64,000 nt of DNA from sequence record MW394391.1. One strand, 5' to 3'. Both the position numbers and the translations under genes were made by a program. Below, in pieces: positions 19,405-27,827 of the stretch; position 1 is the stretch's first letter; each line of letters opens with the position of its first letter. This DNA comes from Klebsiella phage vB_KpM_FBKp24. The notes under the pieces were generated by a model. That model was given only the letters and a program-made list of their open reading frames with translations. It made no database searches and had not been told where the DNA came from.

Positions 19405-19683
19405 TTACGCGTAGTACCAGTATCTTCTTTCAGATTCGAGTAAAGAAACCAGAATGAAGCGGAAAAATATACTCATCAAATAACAAATCAGACAAGTTAA
19501 CTTTACCCCGTAAGATGTCCAGTCGCGAAGAGTTCTGACTAAGCGACCTTTCCAGGAATTGTCGAACAATATAGCATCTTTCGCGGCGAATTTTGCCAAT
19601 TGCCAATTAGCAATAAAGAGCAGAGTACCCAGTATCAGCAAAACTATTAACGCAACGAAGGTGATTAACAATAAAGTTTCCAT
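19405..19683 (-). CDS. small membrane protein (92 aa)
   Basis: Two hydrophobic segments. Confidence 0.45.
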   Translation of the reverse strand: METLLLITFVALIVLLILGTLLFIANWQLAKFAAKDAILFDNSWKGRLVRTLRDWTSYGVKLTCLICYLMSIFFRFILVSLLESERRYWYYA

Positions 19684-19715
19684 GGAAATGTCCTTAGCGA
19701 AGGGAGAAATGTCTT

Positions 19716-20099
19716 TTAGATGTATTTGAGGTCGTCTGTGTCTTCGCGCATCTGGCGGAGGCGTTCACCTCGCGAACTGTAATAGTTTCGACGAAGTCTG
19801 CGACGATCTTTACGGTTTTGTTGGTAACTAGGTTCAGTTATCAACGTTTCGACAAAAGGTGGTGATTCAGATTCTACCGGTGCAACGACAGTTTCCTCTT
19901 CAGTAAACCCGTTTTCCATTACAGGGGAAACAGGTTCAATTTCAGGGGCAGTGTTAACTTTCTTTTCTGCCGCTGCGCTTTTGTTATTGGCAAAGTACCA
20001 AAAGAGCATTGCCAACAAAGTTATAAGCAGAACGATAGCTATTGTTTCGATCATTGGAGTACTCCTTTTAGTAACTATGCGAATGTGGTTTCTGTACAA
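19716..20099 (-). CDS. single-TM membrane protein (probably starts at internal Met MIETIAIV...)
   Basis: ORF track; TM segment IAIVLLITLLAMLFWYF then charged Pro/Glu-rich tail. Confidence 0.45.
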   Translation of the reverse strand: MYRNHIRIVTKRSTPMIETIAIVLLITLLAMLFWYFANNKSAAAEKKVNTAPEIEPVSPVMENGFTEEETVVAPVESESPPFVETLITEPSYQQNRKDRRRLRRNYYSSRGERLRQMREDTDDLKYI

Positions 20100-20635
20100 G
20101 AAAAACCATAGTGTTTATCATTAGGCCGAGTTCCGACCTTTTTCTTTTTGATCGCCTGGCGTCTGTTGTAACGGATTTGACGATACCGTAGTTTAACTAC
20201 CCATACGTAAAGGTTCTTAAGAATAAAGGACCCTGCAATTAATCCAGATCCCAGCATAACTGCTTTTGCCAACGGATGGGGTATGAAGTAGTTATAACTG
20301 AAGGCCAAAGTCGCGGCGGTGCCTGTGATGACATAGATGGGGATTTCAGAGCACATCGCTTGGTTGAGTTGATAATATTCAAGTAGCTCGCGAATAATCT
20401 TAATCTTTTCGGCGTCGATTTCTTTTTCAGCCGGGAAGAAATAACGAATAACCGCGTTTGCATCCAATCCAACCGTGTCAATGAATCTAGCCCAGTTTTC
20501 TTTCCCGGCGAGTACGTTGATAACTCGAATTACCGCAACCAAGAGTTCGCTATGTTTAGCGGAACACTTTATTGCCGACAATACAGAGTCCACATCTTCC
20601 CAAGCGCGCCGGTAATCCATCGATCGTTTTTTCAT
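20075..20635 (-). CDS. hypothetical protein (186 aa)
   Basis: ORF track. Confidence 0.5.
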   Translation of the reverse strand: MKKRSMDYRRAWEDVDSVLSAIKCSAKHSELLVAVIRVINVLAGKENWARFIDTVGLDANAVIRYFFPAEKEIDAEKIKIIRELLEYYQLNQAMCSEIPIYVITGTAATLAFSYNYFIPHPLAKAVMLGSGLIAGSFILKNLYVWVVKLRYRQIRYNRRQAIKKKKVGTRPNDKHYGFSCTETTFA

Positions 20636-20946
20636 TTAGCTTCTTCCAGAATAACGTTGACCCGACTTTCGCGTTTGATAGCCCAGGTTAAGATAACTGC
20701 GTTCAATAACCCAATGACAACAAATGCAACGAAATCAACCGATACCATCACCGCGCCCAGAATACCGATAATGGTCAGAATGGCCAGAAAGGCGTAGTTG
20801 ATAAAGATCATATTCCGAGAACGTTTCTGATACTTCTCTTCGGTTGATTTTTTACCGGCACGAATAAAAGCCACGGTAATGCCGTTGAGGAATAAAGAGA
20901 CAATTCCGAACAGAACGATCGCTACGCAGATTAAAGTGGTTAACAT
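20632..20946 (-). CDS. membrane protein (104 aa)
   Basis: Three hydrophobic helices. Confidence 0.5.
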   Translation of the reverse strand: MLTTLICVAIVLFGIVSLFLNGITVAFIRAGKKSTEEKYQKRSRNMIFINYAFLAILTIIGILGAVMVSVDFVAFVVIGLLNAVILTWAIKRESRVNVILEEAK

Positions 20947-21339
20947 GATTTTTACCTATTTATTTAGTAAAAGGGTTGAATGAATTTGTCCTCTAAAGAA
21001 GTGTACAAATCGCATAGAGCGATGCCCAAGATCGACCGGTGAACTCACAGCCTTTTATCTTGCAGCGTCGTGTCGTCTCAGAGAGTGTTTACTACGGCCT
21101 ACGATTCATAATCTCAGACATAACTCGATTTGTTAGTCTAGAGTGAATCGCCCGTCAAAGCCTCGATCTGTTACGGCAACGATAACAACGAATTTTACCA
21201 ATGTACAACTTCTTCTTACGAGATATGAGAGAGTGAGAAAATACACTTTGCTTTAGAATTAAGTAACACTACTTATTTCTAAGCGTTTCATCATAAGCTC
21301 TTCCTTTCAAGTTAAGTGTGCCGAGGGTGGAGTTACTGC

Positions 21340-21687
21340 TTACGCAGTTGCAACGCCAGCTTCGTCAACAGAAGCTTGAGTCGTTTCAACCGGTGCAGTT
21401 ACATCGCCGCTTTCTTTTGGGAAAAGCAGCGCCTTCAGGTTTTTGTAAGTGTCGGTGACGTAGGTCACGATCAGCAGACCCGCTACCATATATGCCGCGA
21501 CTTCGACCGCCAGGCTCAGGAAGAAGATTGCGAAGAAGATCAGGATCGCCATCAGAATCGTGTCGAATACGAAGCTACCTAACGCTTTACCCTTCTCAGT
21601 GATAGAGTAGGTAGTGCTTTCGGTATCGCCTTCAACGACAGTTTCTTTAGCGACGAATTGTGCGAAAAACGATTTGAATTTGTTCAT
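21340..21687 (-). CDS. membrane protein (115 aa)
   Basis: SD aaaagg before ATG 21687; two TM helices. Confidence 0.55.
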   Translation of the reverse strand: MNKFKSFFAQFVAKETVVEGDTESTTYSITEKGKALGSFVFDTILMAILIFFAIFFLSLAVEVAAYMVAGLLIVTYVTDTYKNLKALLFPKESGDVTAPVETTQASVDEAGVATA

Positions 21688-21770
21688 GATATTTACCTTT
21701 TAGATGGATTAGATAATAACTGCATTTGAGAGAGTACTACTAACACCGTTGAGAGACGGTGGCCTAGAGC

Positions 21771-21887
21771 TTAAATAAACTGTACTGCCGCGATTACGAT
21801 CAGCGCTAAAATACAAGCTGGGAGGACAGCCAAATCCAGAGCAATAGCCATTGCCCCAGCCCCGAATAAAGAGAGTGCGTTTTTCAT
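21771..21887 (-). CDS. 38-aa hydrophobic peptide
   Basis: ATG overlaps stop of upstream ORF (TAATG); MKNALSLFGAGAMAIALDLAVLPACILALIVIAAVQFI; below ORF-track cutoff. Confidence 0.35.
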   Translation of the reverse strand: MKNALSLFGAGAMAIALDLAVLPACILALIVIAAVQFI

Positions 21888-22057
21888 TACGCTGGCTCCC
21901 CGTGGTCTGTGTTCATCCATTTTCCGGTATTAGCCTGGGAATCGATGATAGCGCCGACCATACCGGCCACAAAAGCAATAAGAATCGCTGGAACTACTGT
22001 CAGTTCAAACATAGCTGAAACCAACAGAACAATAATTAGCATGATGAAATAAGTCAT
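21887..22057 (-). CDS. 56-aa membrane peptide (inner start of track ORF 21887-22153)
   Basis: Strong SD aaaagaggtaattaaaATG at 22057; MTYFIMLIIVLLVSAMFELTVVPAILIAFVAGMVGAII... Confidence 0.45.
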   Translation of the reverse strand: MTYFIMLIIVLLVSAMFELTVVPAILIAFVAGMVGAIIDSQANTGKWMNTDHGEPA

Positions 22058-22071
22058 TTTAATTACCTCTT

Positions 22072-22230
22072 TTAAAGTTCGTATGAGATTGCCATGATCA
22101 GGAAGAAAGGGGAAAGCGCATACCAGGTAATGACACTTACAACCCCGTAACAAATAGCCATCGGTATACTCACGCCGAAGATGAAAAGAGTGATGAAAAA
22201 TCCCATTAGGAAGATAATTAATTCTTTCAT
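22072..22230 (-). CDS. 52-aa membrane peptide
   Basis: SD aagaggaaagt before ATG 22230; MKELIIFLMGFFITLFIFGVSIPMAICYGVVSVITWYALSPFFLIMAISYEL; below ORF-track cutoff. Confidence 0.4.
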   Translation of the reverse strand: MKELIIFLMGFFITLFIFGVSIPMAICYGVVSVITWYALSPFFLIMAISYEL

Positions 22231-22291
22231 ACTTTCCTCTTAGACCTCTTAGGTCAGTAAATGGATGTTTAGTTATCAGAAAAGCGTTATA

Positions 22292-22350
22292 TCTTTCCTA
22301 TTTCACTGTAGCAATATATACATCAAAAAAACTGCATTTCGATTCTTAAG
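22292..22350 (+). promoter_or_regulatory. conserved promoter/leader element, copy B
   Basis: tctttcctatttcactgtagcaatatatacatcaaaaaaactgcatttcgattctt, near-identical to copy A. Confidence 0.45.
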
Positions 22351-22388
22351 AGTTTTTATGACCCCTTCTACAACACAGGCTCTCTACG

Positions 22389-22928
22389 ATGAAAAAACTC
22401 ACTATTTGGGGACTCCCTGTCCCTTTACTCGGTTTTCTTCACTGGTTCGTTTTTCTATTGATTTATTTCTTTGCGTTAATTATTTGTGTTTTTGTCACCC
22501 CGTTCCTTCCTATTTTCGCAACTAAGGAAGGTAGACTCCCTACGTGGTTAGCCTGGTTTGATACCCCAGATAACACCCTTGATGGGGATTCAGGCTGGAA
22601 AGAGAAGCATTCGCTTTGGGTAAAATTTTTACCGGATTGGGCCGAGACTTATGTGGCCCGAGTATTCTGGTTATACCGTAACCCTCTTTATGGTTTCTCG
22701 ATCAGCGTTCTAGGGGCCCCTAAGGATAAACACCTCCAGCCGGTTCTGGACGGTAAAGGCTTTGACGTAAAAGGGACGTATAAGTCGCATTACTGGATGG
22801 TTTATTTCATGCGGGATGATCATGTCAAGAAACGCCGTTTTAAAGTGTATATCGGATGGAAACTCAAAGCGGAAGGATTTGATAAATATCAGTTCGCTTT
22901 TTTGATTAACCCTTTCCAAACGCCGTAA
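22389..22928 (+). CDS. membrane protein (179 aa)
   Basis: N-terminal TM helices; flanked by promoter repeat B and a terminator identical to the one at 1973-2010. Confidence 0.6.
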   Translation: MKKLTIWGLPVPLLGFLHWFVFLLIYFFALIICVFVTPFLPIFATKEGRLPTWLAWFDTPDNTLDGDSGWKEKHSLWVKFLPDWAETYVARVFWLYRNPLYGFSISVLGAPKDKHLQPVLDGKGFDVKGTYKSHYWMVYFMRDDHVKKRRFKVYIGWKLKAEGFDKYQFAFLINPFQTP

Positions 22929-22932
22929 TTGA

Positions 22933-22972
22933 AACAAAAAAAAAAGAGAGGGCAAACGCCCTCTCTTTTTAT
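22933..22972. terminator. rho-independent terminator identical to 1973-2010
   Basis: aaaaaaaaaagagagggcaaacgccctctcttttt. Confidence 0.7.
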
Positions 22973-23409
22973 ATTCTTTTTAAAGAATCGATTTCCAGCG
23001 CCACTTCAAATTCGTAAAGCATTCGCCCGAAGAAGGTCGCAATCGTGAGCAAGCCGAGGAGGTATTCGTGATGTACCATCAACAGAATCGTAAAAGCTAG
23101 TGCAACGATGATTCGCTGACAAACATTCATTCCGCCTACAAAGGTAATGTGTTTTTCTGCCTTTTCAACGATCACTTGGCGCATCGCAGGCGTCAGGACG
23201 GCGCGTGTTATATCGGGCAATGAAACGTATTGATAAAGCACCCAACCTAAACGACCGAGAATGAGTGCTACTGCCCATAGACGAACCAAATCAAAGGCTG
23301 TTTCGTTTTGCTTAAAACACAATACAGCGAGTACCACGCAAGAGAGCAGCGAGCAAATTTTAGAGGTGAGGGTAGAGAGGTAGAACATCTTTGTATTCCT
23401 TTTCTTCAT
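22969..23409 (-). CDS. membrane protein (146 aa)
   Basis: Multiple hydrophobic helices. Confidence 0.55.
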   Translation of the reverse strand: MKKRNTKMFYLSTLTSKICSLLSCVVLAVLCFKQNETAFDLVRLWAVALILGRLGWVLYQYVSLPDITRAVLTPAMRQVIVEKAEKHITFVGGMNVCQRIIVALAFTILLMVHHEYLLGLLTIATFFGRMLYEFEVALEIDSLKRI

Positions 23410-23459
23410 GAATTGTCATAGTTGTCAGGGAACGGTTGTTCCCTGACAATGGACGGAGA

Positions 23460-23960
23460 TTAGTTACAGGTCAGAACGAGCTTCCCTTGGATATGGGTCA
23501 CGCCAAATGGCATCTGCTGAGCGTCCAGGTTGATCTTCGGAGCCAGCGCCAGCGTTTTGGTGTTACCTGCGATATTCTGCGCTTGTGCAGCATCAGTCCA
23601 CGCGTATTCCACATTGTTAACGAACACGGAAGTTTGATCGCGGTTGCTCACCGTCATCAGGTTATCGGCAAAGTCGAAGCGACCAGTGTTCTGGGTCAGT
23701 TTCGCTTCAGTGAGGCGCCAGTTTTTCTGGGCCGTGTTGCTGGTCAGCACGAAGTTGATCGCCTTACTGTTATTAGTACCGGTTTCGCCTTTCAACAGGA
23801 TACCGCCGACTTGAACACCGTTCGCGTAATCGATACCGCAGGAGATTTGAGTTTGGTTGTATTCTGCGTCCCAGACCAGTTCATTGGCAGCAAAAGCCGA
23901 AGAGGTCAGTGCCAGAGCGATTACGGAAACAGCGATTTTGATAGATTTCATTTGATACAA
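23460..23960 (-). CDS. secreted protein with signal peptide, host-like codon usage (166 aa)
   Basis: MKSIKIAVSVIALALTSSAFA signal peptide; two Cys (41, 165); locally GC-rich, E. coli-type codons unlike neighbours. Confidence 0.6.
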   Translation of the reverse strand: MYQMKSIKIAVSVIALALTSSAFAANELVWDAEYNQTQISCGIDYANGVQVGGILLKGETGTNNSKAINFVLTSNTAQKNWRLTEAKLTQNTGRFDFADNLMTVSNRDQTSVFVNNVEYAWTDAAQAQNIAGNTKTLALAPKINLDAQQMPFGVTHIQGKLVLTCN

Positions 23961-24011
23961 TTCCTATTTGAATAAAGAAAGGTTTTAGTTAAAAACGACG
24001 AGAATTTACTA

Positions 24012-24455
24012 CTATGGATCAACTTGCATGGCGCGTTGAGAATCCATTTGTTGATTCTTTTCCATGCGATCCATTTCCATCTCCAAACGTTTAATTTGGA
24101 GTTCTTTCTGACGGCGACTCAAATCAGCGAGTCTTTCACATGACTCTGCCATTTTATCGTCGCCCCCGAGAGGGATACTGATGCTAACGTAACCGCCTTT
24201 ATCGTCATTAGCATAACGATACTCGCTGCCGTTATTTCCGTACGCACCAACGTTGATTGTCGCCTGAGGACGGCTAACCTCACAGCTAATATCACCGTTT
24301 TGAATACGGCCGCGGTTTTCTGCGATGTTGTTGGTGATATAGGGAGCATCAGCAAAGGCGGTGCCAGCTGCTACCAATGTTACAATGAACAAGAGAATTT
24401 TATTCGAGATCGACATTGAAACATGCCTCTGGCTGAATTTCCGATTGAGGGACAA
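24012..24455 (-). CDS. secreted protein with C-terminal coiled coil (likely starts at internal Met ~24416)
   Basis: MSISNKILLFIVTLVAAGTAFA signal peptide; C-terminal RRQKELQIKRLEMEMDRMEKNQQ. Confidence 0.5.
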   Translation of the reverse strand: MSLNRKFSQRHVSMSISNKILLFIVTLVAAGTAFADAPYITNNIAENRGRIQNGDISCEVSRPQATINVGAYGNNGSEYRYANDDKGGYVSISIPLGGDDKMAESCERLADLSRRQKELQIKRLEMEMDRMEKNQQMDSQRAMQVDP

Positions 24456-24771
24456 CCTGCATGGCGCAGATCATTACGTATTTTTTACCGTTACTTCTCT
24501 CCCGAATAAATTTATTATTGACTTTGATAGGGAAGGTTGCCCTTTCTCCACCGAAGACATATTTTTTATACGGAACGCCGTTTTTATCGGCGATTTTTTT
24601 ATCTTCGACGCGAAATACAAAATCAGAAGATTCTTTCGAATCAACAAACATCTCAACAACTGTATAGTTGTCGTATCCGATCGGTGTTACCCGCTGCACC
24701 GGGCCGAAATAAAATGCCATGGCATTAACAGAGAACAGCGACAAAAGAGTAAGTAGTAATAAGCGTTTCAT
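24400..24771 (-). CDS. secreted protein with signal peptide (123 aa)
   Basis: MKRLLLLTLLSLFSVNAMA signal peptide. Confidence 0.55.
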   Translation of the reverse strand: MKRLLLLTLLSLFSVNAMAFYFGPVQRVTPIGYDNYTVVEMFVDSKESSDFVFRVEDKKIADKNGVPYKKYVFGGERATFPIKVNNKFIRERSNGKKYVMICAMQVVPQSEIQPEACFNVDLE

Positions 24772-24838
24772 TCAATTTCTCGGTGAAAGAAAAATAATAG
24801 AGGGAGTGAAGGGTATTAATACCCTTCACTGTATAATC

Positions 24839-25255
24839 TTATTTGCAATGACGGCGCGGTTGATGGTTAAAGTTATTCTTCAAACGCTCCAGTGAACTTT
24901 TAGATGCCGGCGGTTCGGTGACTTTAGTGTTGTTGATAGATACAACATTTTGCTTTCCAGTGCACGGCCAAATTTCAAGAATTAATTCGGCTGTATCGTC
25001 TTTTTCCAGACCACCATAAACTTCGGAAAGAAGGTAGTAATCTGAAAATGCCGCTGCGTCTAAAATCAGATCAGAGATCTTAGAACCCGCGACAGGGTAA
25101 AGTTGACTAACAACTAATTCCCCGTCCAGTAAATATTCTGCTAAGGTAATTTTGGGAGTGGAATAAACCGCTTTTACTTTAATATCCTTAACGGAAAATT
25201 TACTTGAGGTGATTGCCTTCTGAATGTTTTCAATGGTTTTTTTAGCTAATAACAT
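24839..25255 (-). CDS. hypothetical protein (138 aa)
   Basis: ORF track. Confidence 0.5.
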   Translation of the reverse strand: MLLAKKTIENIQKAITSSKFSVKDIKVKAVYSTPKITLAEYLLDGELVVSQLYPVAGSKISDLILDAAAFSDYYLLSEVYGGLEKDDTAELILEIWPCTGKQNVVSINNTKVTEPPASKSSLERLKNNFNHQPRRHCK

Positions 25256-25349
25256 GTGAAACTCCTTTTTAAATGGTTTAGTTTGGTTTCGTGAAAAGGT
25301 TTTATTATTCCTTGTTCACCTTAGAAATATATATGTTAAAAAAATTGGA

Positions 25350-25392
25350 AATCAAAAAAAAAGAAAGAGAGAGGAAACCCTCTCTCTTTCTT
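25350..25392 (-). terminator. rho-independent terminator (gaaagagagagg/cctctctctttc)
   Basis: 12-bp stem followed on minus strand by T9. Confidence 0.6.
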
Positions 25393-25396
25393 ACCT

Positions 25397-25684
25397 TTAC
25401 TCGGTTTCTTTCAAACCGAGTAAAATATCGGCTTTTTCTCGCGCTACTTTCTCTGAATGGGTGAGGCCATGACCTTGACGCTGATGTCCGCACATCCAAC
25501 AACTGCAATTACAAGGAGTGGTCGCAACCCGCCCGATAATACCTTTATCGGTTTGAGGTTTCATGTTGAGAAAATAAACGTTTGCGTTCCAGTAGTGAGA
25601 AACTTTCTTTTTCTTCACTACTTTTTTGAACCGACGATAAGCGCGATCGCGTTGTGCCATAATTCCGATTCCTCTTAATTTCAC
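25397..25684 (-). CDS. small Cys-rich putative zinc-binding protein
   Basis: CNCSCWMCGH cluster plus His pair; basic N-terminus; probable start MAQRDRAY (25660). Confidence 0.45.
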   Translation of the reverse strand: MKLRGIGIMAQRDRAYRRFKKVVKKKKVSHYWNANVYFLNMKPQTDKGIIGRVATTPCNCSCWMCGHQRQGHGLTHSEKVAREKADILLGLKETE

Positions 25685-25742
25685 CCGTAAGGAACATCCC
25701 TACGGGCAACGTGGGAATTCAGAATGGCGGTAGTACCGCGTT

Positions 25743-26195
25743 TTAGGCAGCATAGGCTTTTTCAACCCCCAATAAAATTTCCCCGAGTTTCTCACCGGTA
25801 ATATCCCCTAACCCTTCGATAAAAGATTGAAGGGCGCTGACCCCTAGTTTAAGATTACGGGAAGGACCAGCCCAGTAATTAAGGGAAAGTGAAATATAAA
25901 AACACTCTGGCGCGAAGCGAATGCCTGAGCTTTTTACGCCAGGCGTGACATGGAACAGCGGAACGAACGGTATTTTATTCGCCGATAGACCGTTAACAAT
26001 TTCGTCCCCGTTCTTTATTGGGAACAGGTCATGAAAACTGATAACGACAGATCGGTTTTTGGCTTTGACAAACAATCCGAAGTTGATACGTAATTTATCG
26101 GCATTACTAACCTGAATAAAGTCGCCGAATTCGGCTTTGTTCCGTTTGGTCCAAAGTGCATTACGACCTTTAAAAGTACAAAGCATTTGAATCAC
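25743..26195 (-). CDS. hypothetical protein (150 aa)
   Basis: ORF track. Confidence 0.5.
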   Translation of the reverse strand: MIQMLCTFKGRNALWTKRNKAEFGDFIQVSNADKLRINFGLFVKAKNRSVVISFHDLFPIKNGDEIVNGLSANKIPFVPLFHVTPGVKSSGIRFAPECFYISLSLNYWAGPSRNLKLGVSALQSFIEGLGDITGEKLGEILLGVEKAYAA

Positions 26196-26398
26196 CCTTC
26201 CCCGAAGATAGAGTTAATTAACTCGTCGTTACCCGACGCGTAGATCTTTCTGCTCAATGCAGCATTTTCTACTTTCCATTGATACAACGCCCGTCCCTTG
26301 TTAGGGTGCGGCATTTGTTTTCGTAACGCCTTCTTTTCTTTACGGGTCATTTTAACCCCGCGTTTCCAAATTGACTTTGCCATTATTCCTCCGGCCAA
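26192..26398 (-). CDS. small basic protein (68 aa)
   Basis: ORF track; Lys/Arg-rich. Confidence 0.35.
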   Translation of the reverse strand: MAGGIMAKSIWKRGVKMTRKEKKALRKQMPHPNKGRALYQWKVENAALSRKIYASGNDELINSIFGEG

Positions 26399-26760
26399 CG
26401 AATGATTATTGCATTACCGGTACGGCGAGAATAATCTTCCATTCTCTTATACTCGATACAACGTTCTACGTACTCCACGGTATAATCCCCGTAGTGCGCG
26501 ATTTCTTCCGCGGGTATACCGCGCATGTGCGCCTCGTAAATCCCTGTCTGTCGATAATCCGTAGTGATGGACTCTAATAACTCGTCCCTTTGTTTTATTA
26601 ACCGCCCGATAATACTTCTGGCGATTCTATCGCCAGCGCGAACCTTGAAGAGTTCTTTCTCTCTGTCCTTGTTTAAGAATGAGATATAGGGCGAACTTTT
26701 AATAAATGAGCTCACGAAGTTCCCTCGCGGTGTCGTTATCGGCCAATAGATGGAACCCAC
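26383..26760 (-). CDS. hypothetical protein (125 aa)
   Basis: ORF track. Confidence 0.45.
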   Translation of the reverse strand: MGSIYWPITTPRGNFVSSFIKSSPYISFLNKDREKELFKVRAGDRIARSIIGRLIKQRDELLESITTDYRQTGIYEAHMRGIPAEEIAHYGDYTVEYVERCIEYKRMEDYSRRTGNAIIIRWPEE

Positions 26761-26920
26761 TTATTGTCGACGTATCTGCTCCGATACGTTTACCCATAAC
26801 GAGTAAATCGTAACGGGCGGTCGGCAGCGGAAGAGGTAGCGCTTCTTTATCAATTTGGGTTTCGTTTACCAAATCACAAAGCGATTCTTTCGCGAGAAAA
26901 ATCTGGTAATCTTTATCCAT
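26699..26920 (-). CDS. hypothetical protein (73 aa), start uncertain
   Basis: ORF track; overlaps neighbour by 60 nt. Confidence 0.3.
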   Translation of the reverse strand: MDKDYQIFLAKESLCDLVNETQIDKEALPLPLPTARYDLLVMGKRIGADTSTISGFHLLADNDTARELRELIY

Positions 26921-26925
26921 AGTGG

Positions 26926-27333
26926 CTATTTCCAGCAGACGTCGAAGGTGATGATGTCAGAGCGATAAGTGCCATCTTCGTTTTTCTTCCGCAGAATACG
27001 CGGATAGAATTTAAACGGCAGGTCTGGCTCTTGGAGCGATTTCGCCACCCGTTCAGATTTGATAGGGTTATAAGATTGAATGATCGCCGTAAGATTACCT
27101 TCGCTGTCCCAATTGTAGTGTTTGGTGACGAAATGGCAATCCTTCTTATCAACCGTCACGTAACGAAGGAACTCTTCTTTCGACATCCCTTTCACTGGCG
27201 GAGGTAAATGTCCCAGCTCCAGGAAAGAATGTTTCCTTTCGAAGAACTTACTGACAGAGGCTATCCCTAAACGGTCCACCTCAGATTTGTTCAGTAATAC
27301 TACACGACGGGAAAATTTAGCCAGTTCGTTCAT
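26926..27333 (-). CDS. hypothetical protein (135 aa)
   Basis: ORF track. Confidence 0.5.
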   Translation of the reverse strand: MNELAKFSRRVVLLNKSEVDRLGIASVSKFFERKHSFLELGHLPPPVKGMSKEEFLRYVTVDKKDCHFVTKHYNWDSEGNLTAIIQSYNPIKSERVAKSLQEPDLPFKFYPRILRKKNEDGTYRSDIITFDVCWK

Positions 27334-27827
27334 TTTAGATTCTCCAAATAAGTGTTCAAACGATCAACGTGAGCGGCGACCCATTCCGGATCGTCGTAAT
27401 CATCAATATTAGCAGTGACTTCTAATACAGCGTCTGGTACTTCGACAGAGTAGTATTCCATATACATTTTTAATAATGAGCAACCCGCCGCGTCGATGTA
27501 TAGGTACGCATCGAAAATGTCGGTATCGCTAACTTCATTCGCTCTGTCGGAACTGTGGAGCGTGTTAAGATCTTCTATTGTCGTCCCATCCGGATGTGCT
27601 GTATCGAGTATCACGCCATCAATACTTAAGAAAGCGTGGTTGTCATTATCCCAATACGCGACAGAGTGACCTAGCGTATTTGCGACGGCACCAATTGCTA
27701 GTGCGGCAGTCCCGCAATCGCCTTGGTTGATTCTCTGCACAGCGTCTTTATCATCAATCCTATCAAAGAAGACGCGATAGAAAGTAACAAAGGTGTTAAT
27801 CAGTTCTTTTGGGGTAACGGTAGGCAT
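27330..27827 (-). CDS. hypothetical protein with Cys/His motif (QGDCGTAA...H)
   Basis: ORF track; overlaps start of downstream gene and stop of upstream gene, so operon with the alarmone hydrolase. Confidence 0.5.
   Translation of the reverse strand: MPTVTPKELINTFVTFYRVFFDRIDDKDAVQRINQGDCGTAALAIGAVANTLGHSVAYWDNDNHAFLSIDGVILDTAHPDGTTIEDLNTLHSSDRANEVSDTDIFDAYLYIDAAGCSLLKMYMEYYSVEVPDAVLEVTANIDDYDDPEWVAAHVDRLNTYLENLK

Noticed and set aside
25743-26195. LAGLIDADG-like string IEGLGDITGE suggesting a homing endonuclease
   Set aside because: The motif sits at the C-terminus rather than 10-15 residues from a domain start. No second motif and no GIY-YIG or HNH signatures. Judged coincidental.
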